A stretch of 64,000 nt of DNA, taken from positions 24,740,001 to 24,804,000 of the forward strand of contig NC_086109.1 in assembly GCF_963921235.1 (NCBI RefSeq). Direction: 5' to 3'. Positions within the stretch are counted from its first letter, which is position 1. Every line of letters starts with the position of its first letter. Shown here piece by piece: positions 13,261-24,146 of the stretch. The notes under the pieces are model-generated. The model saw only the letters and a list, made by a program, of their open reading frames with translations. It was not told where the DNA came from and searched no databases. The stretch is from Mobula hypostoma (Eukaryota). A program made the translations under genes and the position numbers.

Positions 13261-13892
13261 ATAAGATAGAGGAGCAGAATTCGGCCACTTGGCCCATTGA
13301 GTCTGCTCTGCTATTTCATCATGGCTGATCCAATTTTCCTCTCAGCCTCAATCTCCTGCCTTCTCCCCATATCCCTTCATGTCCTGACCAGTCAAGAATC
13401 AATCAACCTCTGTCTTAAATGCACATACAGACTTGGCCTCCGCAGCTGCCTGTGACAAAGAATTCCACAGGTTCACCACTCCCTGGCTAAAGATATTCCT
13501 CCTCATCTCTGTACTAAAAGGACGCCCCTCTGGGTCCTCTGGTCTTAGACTCTCCCATTATAGGAAACATTCTCTCTACATCAACTCTGTCAAGGCCTTT
13601 CACTATTCAATAGGTTTCATTGAGGTCACCCCTCATTCTTCTGAACTCTAGTGAATGCAGGTCCAGAGCCATCAAGCTCTCTGCATACGTTCAATCCTGG
13701 AATCATTTTCGTGAACCTCTATTGAACCCTGTCCAGTTTCAGCACATCCTTTCTAAGATAAGGGGCCCAAAACTGGTTGCAATACTCCAAGTGAGGCCTC
13801 AGCAGGGCTTTATAAAGTCTCAACATTATATCATTGTTCTTATATTTTAGTCCTCTTGAAATGAATGCCTTCCTCGCCACAGACTCAACCTG
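13261..13892 (-). mobile_element. CR1 3' fragment
   Basis: ATAAGATAGAGGAGCAGAATTCGGCC tail; minus strand encodes CR1 ORF2 C-terminal motifs (RPHLEYCNQFWAP). Confidence 0.8.
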
Positions 13893-13959
13893 CGCCCATA
13901 ATTTCCCTCACAGCTGAGCTTTAGAAATACCTGCTGCCATTCTAGTAAAGCATTTCCAG

Positions 13960-14265
13960 TAATGCGTAGTGGTTAGAGCAACACTTTACAGCACCATTGA
14001 TCAGTGATTACTGTCTGTAAGGAGTGTGTTCACTCTCCCTGTAACTATGTGGGTTTCCTCTGAGTGCTCCAATTTCTTCCAACATTCCAAAGGCGTACGA
14101 GTTGGGTTAGTGAGTTGTGGGGAAACTATGTTGGCGCCTAGAGCATGGCGATACTTGCAGGCTGCCCCCAGCATATCCTTGGACTGTGTTCATCGTTGAT
14201 GCAAAAGGATGCATTTCACTGTATATTTCAATGTGCATGTGACATATAAAGCTAATCTCTAATCT
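13960..14265 (+). mobile_element. V-SINE
   Basis: GCGTAGTGGTTAG head, GTGGGTTTCCTCTGAGTGCTCC domain, ATAAAGCTAATCT tail. Confidence 0.75.
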
Positions 14266-14944
14266 CAGTTCTACAGTGTTGTTGGACATTGAGTTTCAGG
14301 ATTTAGAGTTAGTGGTGATGGAGAACCTGCAATGTTCTTCCAAGTTGTGACAGGCTGCGGCTTGGAAGGCAGCCTGCAGGTGACGGTAGTCTCATAAACT
14401 GCATGCCCTTGTCCTTTCTACTGGTGGAGACATTGAATTTGAGTGGTACTATCAGTGTGACATCAATGGATAAACACAGTACATGTTGTAGAAGGTACAC
14501 TTTGTATCTTCTGTACAGTGATGGAAAAGGTTAATGTTTGGCGTGGCGGATAGGTAACAGGCCACTAAACTGCTTTGCCCTAGATTGTCTCAAGCTTCTT
14601 GTGTGTTGTTGGAGGCACATTCATCCATGTCGGTGGAGAGTAATCCATCATACACCTGACTGGTGTCTTGAAGATTGTGAAGAACAAATTCAGCCAAAAT
14701 AAAAGTGTCAGAGGTCCGAGAATGACAAATAGTTATGGTATATACAGTAATGAGATGGAACAGTCGGCAGTTGGTACAAATTAGAGGTAAGGTTACTAGT
14801 GCTCACATTGACCAAGTACTGTAATTGATTTGAATGGGCTGAAGAAACATATAATCATGAGAGCAAGTAGTAGCTCTAAAGCAAGGGACCTCGAGACTAT
14901 TAGGAATGTCAGAATAGCTGAGCAAATCAGGTAATAGTCTGAAC

Positions 14945-15225
14945 TGTAATAGTTTTGCTTTTCTAAGAAGGAAAGAAATGTGATAGATCTGTATAAGAAA
15001 TATGTAAATATTGTGTTTGTAACATAATGATATCATCATATGGGTGACATAAGCTTAAGTGACAGAAAAATAATGACATCATATGTGTGACATAAGCATA
15101 AGTGACAGTTCTTGCAGTAGATTACAAAGCCTTTATTCCAAAGTTTCTGGTATCACCGAGACCTTATTATATTAAGCATTTAAATGACTTACCTCCAAAT
15201 ACACAAGACCATCTGTTATCTCTCT
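14945..15225 (+). repeat. LTR-like dispersed repeat, copy 2
   Basis: Homologous to 12010-12240, with an extra internal tandem duplication of about 40 bp. Confidence 0.6.
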
Positions 15226-16344
15226 CCACCTGTCTCTTTATTGATCTGTTTCTTTCTCGGACTCTCTCTCCAACTTGTACATTTTCTTGCCAGTTCCTTT
15301 GTCCCGTCTCTATCTGTTTGTTTCTGCTTATGTGTCTGTTTTCTTTCTGCGATTCTCTTTTTCCGTTGTTTCTCTGCCCATCTCTATCTTCCTTTGTGCA
15401 TACTCTTCTCTCACTTCAGAGTGTGTTATACACTGGCGCAGCACACAGGAGGTTAACTGCAAGACTTACATGACTAATGCTTCGAGCCTTTCCTGAAAGA
15501 AAAAAAAAGCCCCACACCATCAAAGGTTGTGGAGAATCCTTTTAGTCAGTGACACAGAAAATTCCCATCTTGAGCTATTGGAGTAACAACAAACAAGGCC
15601 ATAACTACAGCTGCATAAATTTACCCACATAATGTGGTGCCCCAGAGGCTGTGGATCAACAAACTTCATGCTTGAACAAGGAAAAAAAGGATAAGGCTTT
15701 CAATGAAACCAGCACAATCCAAATCACAGCCAATTTGCAATTAAAAAGGGAAAAGAGATAGACACAGGTCTACTCAATTAATCAATTGGAGCATTTACAT
15801 TGACAGTTTGATGGAAAGTTAGTACAGGAAATGGGAACTTTGCCATATATTAACTAGACACTTACACATGCATAAATATATAGCGTAAGAAGAGAAGAAA
15901 GTGATGGTTACAAAATAAGAAGAAAGAGTTAGAGCTGTTTCATATAAAAGATCATGGCAAACTCATTGGCTGTTGATCTAATGATTTCATGGTGGCTGGT
16001 AGCCCAGATGCTGGTGTTTCAGCACCTTCCGCACCAGTTATGCCACAGACTGCTCTGCTTAGAGCAAGAATGATACTGCAGTTTCTAGCTTTCTTCTCAA
16101 TTGACACAGTGGTTGGGTTTCAAAGTGAGTAATTCCAGTCTGGAGACAAACACCAATCCAGCAAGAGTGAATCCTGTCCATCAAAAGCAACTTCTGGACA
16201 CCTTGAAGTTGTGTATAAGGTGCTCTTGTCCAATTACTCTGCTCATCATCATGCCTTGCAGCAGTAGAATATTTTCTTCTGAAGTCGTGCAGTATTAGAG
16301 CTGTGTGATATAGAAAACTGGTAAAATATCGGTCCTATTGCAAG

Positions 16345-16436
16345 GTGTTCTTCCCACAGATGCTGCTCGACCCAGTGAGCTCCCCCGGCAGATTGCTTGT
16401 TGCTCCAGATTTCAGCATCTGCACTCTCCGGTGTTT
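16345..16436 (+). mobile_element. PLE terminal-repeat fragment
   Basis: ACAGATGCTGCTCGACCCAGTGAGCTCC...TTTCAGCATCTGCA. Confidence 0.65.
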
Positions 16437-16439
16437 CCA

Positions 16440-16850
16440 AGGTGGAACAGTCACGTAGCAGTTAATGCAATGCTTTACAGTATCAGTGCTCAATGACTGG
16501 GGTTCAGTTCCCATCGCTGTCTGGAAAGAGTTTGTACGTTCTCTCCATGGCCATATGTGTTTCCTCTGGGTGCTCCAGTTTCATCCTGCAGTCCAATGAC
16601 ATATGGTTTAGGGTTAATAAGTTGTGGGCATGCTGTTGACCCCAGATTCATGGAAACACTTGCCGGCTGCCCCCAGCATATCCTCAGACTGTGCTGGTCA
16701 TTAAAGTAAATGACGCATTACACCGTATCACAAACGGGTCTCATAGATGCTGCCTGGCCCGCTGAGTTCCTCCAGCATTTTGCGTGTGTTGTATGACACT
16801 GCATGTTTTGGAATCTTGATGTACGAGTGACAGATTAATCTAATCTTTAA
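16440..16850 (+). mobile_element. V-SINE with a small PLE fragment inside (about 16730-16792)
   Basis: B box GGTTCAGTTCC, GTTTCCTCTGGGTGCTCC domain, TAATCTAATCT tail. Confidence 0.75.
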
Positions 16851-17597
16851 TCAGTCGATTGAGTGTTCTGTGCTCCAATGCACACAAAGATTGGCAATTT
16901 ATGAGGTGTTATCTCAGGAGATTATAGTCGCTGTGATGTCCTACTTAAAGATGAATAACCAAATGGCAACCCTTCTATGAGAAACTGATTGTGATTACTG
17001 CTCCACAAAGGAAGAGTTGGGTTGATACATTGATTTATAGTTCAATCAGCTTGTTTGGGAAGCTTTGAATACCTTGATACCTTGAATGGTAAGTTTAAGA
17101 GGAAATTAAAGATAGATTTTTTTTCCTTTATAAGGGTTCAAGCTTATAGATCACTTTCAGTGTTAGGAAATGGAACAAAAATCCGTAATTTCAAGAAGTA
17201 ATTAAATTCAAGAAATAACTACACAAGTTACAAAATGAATCAGAATTACCAGAAATTAACAATGGAAATACTATAATTACTTAGACTAGATGGGACTTTC
17301 TCCTGCCTGAAACTATTATTCTTTATTATGTTATACCTGTATTATAGATAGTTTGGCATAGGTACCACATATTATTTAATACATGCAGTATAATAATTTA
17401 TGATCGCAATTAAAAGGATTTGGCCATTAGCATTCTGGGCCTACTTTCCTTTTCAATAGGTCCATTGAAGACCCTTCATCTTTTCACCTCATTTCCCAAT
17501 TCTCATTGTGTCCAAAAATCTATTTGGTTTAGCAGTGAATATGTGGAGACTTTCACAGGCTTACAATGCCAGAGAAAAGGACTTCATCCTTTCCTCA

Positions 17598-17722
17598 CTC
17601 AGTCTCTCAGACCGAAACGTTGACTGTTTATTCCTTTCAGTAGATGCTGCCTGACCTGAAGAGTTCCTACAGCATTTTCTGTGTGTTTCTCTGGATTTCC
17701 AGCGTCTGCAGAATCTCTTGCA
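17598..17722 (+). mobile_element. Short PLE-derived insertion
   Basis: Perfect 15-bp TSD TTCATCCTTTCCTCA (17583-17597, 17723-17737); begins inside the hammerhead motif (CCGAAACGTTGACTG). Confidence 0.85.
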
Positions 17723-17872
17723 TTCATCCTTTCCTCAGTCCGAGATTGCCAACTTTGATCTTGACACAGTACCCCTCACTTACAATTTACAAGCCTCTCA
17801 AATTTAGCCTGATATTTCCTCTCAGGGTCTTCTCCACCTCAGTATCTTGCACTTTTCAAAATTCCAATGTGC

Positions 17873-18660
17873 ATAATAGTCATAGTCATACTTTATTGAT
17901 CCCGGGGGAAATTGCTCTTCGTTACAGTTGCACCATAAATAATAAATAGTAATAGAACCATAGATAGTTAAATAGTAATATGTAAATTATACCAGTAAAT
18001 TATGAAATAAGTCCAGGACCAGCCTATTGACTCAGGGTGTCTGACCCTCCAAGGGAGGAGTTGTAAAGTTTGATGGCCACAGGCAGGAATGACTTCCTAT
18101 GACGCTCGGTGTTGCATCTCGGTGGAATGAGTCTCTGGCTGAATGTACTCCTGTGCCCACCCAGTACATTATGTAGTGGATGGGAGACATTGACCAAGAA
18201 GGCATGCAAATTATACAGCATCCTCTTTTCTGACACCACCGTCAGAGAGTCCAGTTCCATCCCCACAACATCCCTGGCCTTATGAATGAGTTTGTTGATT
18301 CTGTTGGTGTCTGCTACCCTCAGCCTGCTGCCCCAGCACACAACAGCAAACATGATAGCACTGGTTACCACAGACTTGTAGAACATCCTCAGCATCATCC
18401 GGCAGATGTTAAAGGACCTCAGTCTCCTCAGGAAATAGAGACGGCTCTGACCCTTCTTGTAGACAGCCTCAGTGTTCTTTGACCAGTCCAGTTTATTGTC
18501 AATTCGTATCCCCAGATATTTGTAATCCTCCACCATGTCCACACTGACCCCCTGGATGGAAACAGGGGTCACCGGTACCTTAGCTCTCCTCAGGTCTACC
18601 ACCAGCTCCTTAGTCTTTTTCACATTAAGCTGCAGATATTTCTGCTCACACCATGTGACA
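17873..18660 (-). mobile_element. 5'-truncated Rex1/Babar-like LINE, second subfamily
   Basis: ORF 18024-18623 (KTKELVVDLRR, YKYLG, SRLYFLRRLRSF, SFLPVAIKLYN); AATAAA and (ATGACT)n tail on minus strand. Confidence 0.85.
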
Positions 18661-18931
18661 TATTAAGCTAATCTTAATATTTCTTCATCACATGGCATGA
18701 ATTATATATACATCATGCAATTGCTACATTGCAATCTATCATATGGCAGGTATATTTCTAAATGTAGTTTGTACACAGCAATGTGTAACAAATAGTTTGT
18801 CATGAATACTATATGCTATAAACTAAAGCTTTATGTACTGTATAACATCCATTAGATAGCGGATGTCAGAGTGACATTATTGAAATATTACTTTGAATAA
18901 TATTGATCAATGCTCTTTGCCATTTCAGCAC

Positions 18932-19184
18932 TGTTATGCTTTGTATCTTCAAAACATTAAACTAATTGAAAGGAAGATATGGGAGACCAAGAATACAGGT
19001 GTAACTTCAAGTTTACTTTAATCAAGACACGCACCTATCACGTGGTAGCGTAATGACATAGGCAATTAATGTATTTTTACATGCAACTTGTAACTAATCA
19101 TTTAATTGAACAAGAATGCTTAATTAAAGAATATATATACATACAAGAATACTCAAATATTATTGAAATAGTGAATACGCAACA
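18932..19184. mobile_element. Probable solo LTR
   Basis: TGTT...AACA termini; 5-bp flanks AGCAC/ATCAC (4/5 match). Confidence 0.6.
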
Positions 19185-19206
19185 ATCACATTTGTTTTCA
19201 ATCAGC

Positions 19207-19345
19207 AACAAGAGAAAATCTGCAGATGCTAGAAATCCAAGCAACACACACAAAGTGCTGGAGGAACCCAGCAGGCCAGGCAGCATCTGTGGAAAAGAGT
19301 ACAGTCGAAGTTTCGAGCTGAGACCCTTCAGCAGGTGTGTGTGTG
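19207..19345 (-). mobile_element. Short PLE-derived insertion
   Basis: Family sequence with decayed hammerhead motif; flanks TTGTTTTCAATCAGC / TTGGTTTTAATCAGC (13/15). Confidence 0.8.
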
Positions 19346-19699
19346 TTGGTTTTAATCAGCCTTGTTAATGAAGTAGATGAGAAAATGGACCACAGTCAGG
19401 AACAATAATTTTCAACATTGTCACTTACCATATTTGTGCCACTAAGAAACTGGAGCCCAATAGTGACAAGTTATCTTGATCTTGCATTACATGGAGATCA
19501 TTACATGAAACTGATTCCTATGGAGTAAAGAAGTCCTGAGTACATTGAGCTGAAAGCAGAAAAGAACTGTTCATTCGGGGAAGGTTCTGCTATTCTAGTA
19601 ACTCCAAAAGAAGTTGACACACATACACGAAATTAACTTAGGGCAAATTGCACACTTGGCTGACAATTATTGGGAGATTGAAATTCTAATTAACAATAA

Positions 19700-20262
19700 A
19701 ATTCTAGTTAGACCACACTTGGAGAACTGTATTCAGTTCTAGTCACTTTATTGTAGGACGGATATGGACGCTTTGGAGAGGGTGCAGTGGAGATTTAACA
19801 GTATGCTGCCCAAATTAGACAGAATGTCTTATGAGGAAAGGTTGAGCATGTTAGGACTTTCCTCTTTGGTGTGAAAGATAATGAGGGGTGACTTGATAGA
19901 GGTGTATAACATGATAAGATGCATTGATAGAGTGGAGAGCAAGCACCTTCTTCTGTGGGGGGGGGGGGATGTCTAATACCAGAGGGCATAAATTTAAGAT
20001 GATTGGAGGAATATATAGGGGGATGTCTGAGCAGGTTTTTAAAACAGAAAGTGGTAAGTGCCTGGAACACACTGCTAGGAGTGGTGGTAGAGGAGATTCT
20101 TCAGAGAAACTTAAGATGCTCTTAGGTGGGCACATGGATAAAAGTAAAACGGCGGTCTATGCAGGAGGGAGGCATTAGATTGATCTTAGAGCAGGTGAAA
20201 AGTTTGGCCCAACATCATGGGCCAAAGGGCCTGTAATGTGCTGTACTGTTCTATGTGCTGTG
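19700..20262 (+). mobile_element. Decayed CR1 3' fragment
   Basis: RPHLENCIQF and TRGHKFK motifs; tail CTGTACTGTTCTATGT. Confidence 0.8.
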
Positions 20263-20608
20263 TTAATTCACAATCAGGTTCATTCTCTATATTCATAGAC
20301 TGTTCAGGATTTAGCACACCCCTGTCCTGCCCCAGACCAGTTCACTTTCACTGTCTTTGTGCTCTCTTTCCATCCCTTTGAGTTTTTTGTCTGCTTCATA
20401 AACTCCAGACGCTAACCCCATGAAGCATGTGGTACCACTCCCATGCTCTGGGATGCTGTTACAGAAAGTGAAGCACTCCATCCATGTTCCCTGCAACATG
20501 AGGGAGTGCCGAACTGTTGGAGGGGTTGCATTAGAGACATAGGACAAGCATTCATTCAGTGCTGCACAGTTGCAGGGATGATGCAGAGAGAATCCGGAAA
20601 CATGTTAA

Positions 20609-21015
20609 GTCGTGGCTATCCTTCGAGGTCGAGGATGATGGTCTTCATTCTGAAGAAGTGGCCCACAGAGCGAAGACGCCTGTGCGTGTATTTGTTTAAC
20701 ATGTGCTTGATGTTGCACTCCAAGAAGCACACGATACTTCACAAATCAACCATCTGATTCCAATGGCATGGAAATCACGATGATTGGAGCTGATGGATCT
20801 GTTGCAGCCTTCATCCGCCTTCACAGCTGTTGAGTTCAAAGTAACTTCGTCTGCCTGTTCCACCGTTGAGGTCTTGGTTGGATTGTTCTTTGTCAGGGAC
20901 CTCACCCTCAACCTTACTGCCATGGGTGACCCTACCAGGAGCATAGCTCCAGACGGCATTGCTCTCAGGATCACAGGACCACACAAACTTCTCTACCACG
21001 ACATGGTGACAATCC
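20609..21015 (-). mobile_element. Non-autonomous RTE-derived retroelement
   Basis: Minus strand opens with RTE-type 5' UTR (CACCATGTCGTGGTAGAG...CTCCTGGTAGGGTCACCCATGG); 9-bp TSD ACATGTTAA/ACACGTTAA (20600-20608, 21016-21024). Confidence 0.7.
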
Positions 21016-21454
21016 ACACGTTAACTACCTGCTCTGTGTTGAAGGAGTTCTTTACTGTTCGAAGACCAGAGTGGAAGTCTTCCTGCAGAATGTCGTTTAC
21101 CTCAATCTTGGAAAAGCTGAGGCAGTGAATATGTATTCCATCAGCGAGAGATCTAGATGGGATGCGATGTCTCTGAAGTTCCCGTGTGAATAGAAGAAGG
21201 GTATACTTCCTGCCCTGAGGGTTCTGTCCCAGTCTTAATGAGTAGCCATGACCATAATGCTGCTTCCACTAATGGAGAGTTGTTCATGATGCCACTATGA
21301 ATGCACCCATTTATCTCAGAAAATATCCCGTAACAGTTGAAACACTAGATGGTGTCTGAACAGCCAGCAGTCGGTTCTGATGCTCCTCAATTCGGATTCC
21401 CAAAATCAGCTAAGCTAGCAAAAAAAATCAACAAAACACCAGAATTTCCTGGGA

Positions 21455-21812
21455 GACATTCACAACAGGAATGTCTGAAGCACTGCATTTGTTCCTTGAA
21501 TAGCGACATAACCAACTCACTCGTTCAATTGTTGGAATGTGTCCATATGCTCAACAACATGTCCTTCAATTCCACACATTTTCTCTAGATTAAAAGTGTA
21601 GCAATAGGTACTTACATGGACTGTGTTTTTAAGTTGGATTTGCAAAACAATCCTTGTTCCAGGCTTCTTTGGGATGACACCCTCAAAATCTTTCCAAAAT
21701 AAATGAGACTGAATTATTACACATCTGACTGTACATACAGACAAAACTCGAAAATGTTATCAATTTTGCTGTCAAATTCTCCCCTGTCCTCATGTTTCCA
21801 TGGTCAATCTCT
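21455..21812 (+). pseudogene. Decayed Penelope-type reverse transcriptase fragment
   Basis: LVQLLECVHMLNNMSFNSTHFL*IKSVAIGTYM resembles the PLE RT segment around GVAMG; stops and frameshifts. Confidence 0.7.
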
Positions 21813-21854
21813 ACAAAGAAATTTGGTTTCACTTCAAATGTATTCTATTATTTG

Positions 21855-22075
21855 GTAGTGGAGTGGTTCACGCAACCCTATTGCAGCATGGGGTGTTCTA
21901 GAGTTGTGTGTTGAATTTCAGCGCCTCCTTGTGGAATGCATTGGTTTTGTCCGGGTCCTCCAATTTCCTCCCACAATCCAAAGACATACTGGAGAGGTTC
22001 ATTGGTCATTGTAAATTGTCTCAAGATTAGGTTCCAGAAGGGCAAACTCCACGCCATATCACTAAATAAAAATCA
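21855..22075 (+). mobile_element. Decayed V-SINE
   Basis: CCGGGTCCTCCAATTTCCTCCCACAATCCAAAGAC domain and AAATAAA tail. Confidence 0.6.
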
Positions 22076-22496
22076 AATAAATATTATTTGTAGGGCACTA
22101 GGTTGTACTGAGGTTGTGAATGTTATCCTACCAATATAAGTCTTTCATCACCAATTAAATGTCAATGGAGAACCTGCAGTTGATTGTGTCTGACCAGCCT
22201 AGAAAAACATTACAACTAGGAGCTAATCTTGGGTTGGGCATGAGTAGAAATTTCAATCGAACTAAATTTTAGAAGTTGGGCACATTGCACAACTCCTACC
22301 ATATTGAAGTCTTGACACAAGAAGAATTTTTACATCATTTTTCTTGGATTTAATTTTAATTGCATGAACCAAGACTTTGCTAACCCTGAGTTCTCATTAT
22401 TGATGGGAAGGGGGAGCTGATAACATCTGATATGAAAGGATATGAACATGGTCCATCACTGACAAATCAAAGTAAGCATCCCCTGATCAGGAACAT

Positions 22497-22708
22497 TGTT
22501 ATGTATTCGTTTATATTTTGACCCTTACGGGTTGCTGCCGAGATTTCTGTGTTCTATGCACTAAACTAATGCACGAGGCATTCTGGATAAATGACTTACA
22601 AGCAAAATAAAGAACTGTGTGTTTGTTCCTCATCTGTCCGTCTCTCCTGTATGTTATTCACAGCCACCCGGCTTCCCAGTACCACAAACATTACAACTGG
22701 TGATGAGG
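22497..22708 (+). repeat. 5' LTR and primer-binding site of the Gypsy element
   Basis: TGTT at 22497 to TTACA at 22695, internal AATAAA, followed by TGGTGATGAGG (22698-22708). Confidence 0.7.
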
Positions 22709-23403
22709 TGACAAGTCCTTTATTGCCTTGTTCTCCTCAGCAAGGAAAGGCCATGTGCAACACTGGCGGTATACTGCTGTGCAATCTGGGTGAGCAAAAA
22801 GAAGTCGCCGCTCACCGCAAGTAAACGACTTCAGGAAGGATGGTGAGTGAAGAATCCGAAGGGATAGAATGAGAATGGGATGGTTAAATGAAACAAATAA
22901 GAGAAGGAGAGAAAGACAGATAAGACTAGTTAACATTTCTAGAAGGTGATTGTGATTGAAAATATGCTTGGAAGTATGGGGTCGTATGACGAAACATCAG
23001 AGCAATGAAGTTCATATATTGAAAGGTTTGAATATTTTCACCGGTGGATCAAATTTCAGATGATATTCATGTTCCAACTTTCTGACTAGGATGGGTGCAA
23101 AAATTTAATTTATTACGCAGTCTAATGCAACTTGTTAAGCCTGGCGATAAGCCTTATGAGGACATAATTAATGTCTTAAAAGACCACGATTCACCTAAAT
23201 GTTTAATTATTGATGAGAGATTTAGACTTCATAAAAGGAATCTGAAGAATGGAGTGTCTATTTCACAGTCTGTGGTAGTGCTGAAGCAATTGTCTGAACA
23301 TAGTGATTTTGGGCGGTCACTGAATGACATGTTATGTGATAAGCTCGATGTTGTCTGTGTAGTGAAGTGATTCAGAAACATTTGCTTACAGAATACAGGC
23401 TAA

Positions 23404-24146
23404 AGGCCAATTTAGACTTGTGCGTCAAATCCACGCCGTAGGTACGGCATAGCCGCGTACCCTACACCGTACCCTACACCGTAGCCTGACGTGCACCTCC
23501 CCAAAAATGTAACTATGTGTTGTGTTGACACAGACCACAACAACTGTGACTGGTCCGCTTGGTAGCATCGCATTTCCTCCTACGTTGCAATAGCTTCCCA
23601 CTGGGCGACTGAAGGGCAGGGAAGGAACTCTGGCTGCAATGCTTTCCATAAGGCTTTACAGACCTCCGAAATTATGGAGGACCCTGTGCTTGACGCTAGT
23701 TTGTAGCTAGCTGCTACAGCTTGTTGACTTCCACCTGAAGCTAAAACTTGAATGGTGATTGCCAGTCTCTGAGTATACTGTGCGTACACTGATGTGAAAT
23801 AAATGGTTGGAGGCAATGAACCAAATCGTCAAATCTACCTGCCGACATCCGAAAATATTTGAAATGCATTTCCTCGTCCATGTCTCTCAGTGGCCGGACA
23901 AGCACAGGAAATTCACCCTCTTTCAGTTTCAGTCGCCATTGTTTGAAGTTTGAGTTTCTTTGTGTTGAGTTTCAACGCAAAGAAACTCAACACAGTGGCA
24001 TAGAAACCCCACCGCCAACTAGTGTTTTGGTGGTGAATTGCAGAGCGACGCAGACACACCAACGCACAAGTGTAAATGCTCACAACGGCGTAGCCCACTT
24101 GCGTAGGCTACGGCATAAGCTAGTACACACAAGTATAAATCAACCT
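23404..24146 (-). mobile_element. Internally deleted PIF/Harbinger DNA transposon inserted in Gypsy gag
   Basis: Imperfect 22-bp TIRs (AGGCCAATTTAGACTTGTGCGT / AGGTTGATTTATACTTGTGTGT); TAA/TAT flanks; minus-strand transposase fragments [14 protein letters not shown] and [22 protein letters not shown]. Confidence 0.85.

Larger units (their letters stand above)
13222..14685 (-). mobile_element. Old LINE remnant (same family as 6190-7182) hosting younger insertions
   Basis: 13222-13260, 13893-13940 and 14290-14685 resemble the reverse complement of parts of 6600-7180. Confidence 0.55.

Noticed and set aside
15102..15496. Overlapping hydrophobic ORFs (also 55046-55276, 56076-56429)
   Set aside because: Products of pyrimidine-rich or TG-rich low-complexity DNA.
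23580..23900. Domesticated HARBI1/ALP1-like gene
   Set aside because: Only an N-terminal fragment, enclosed by TIRs and inserted in a Gypsy gag.
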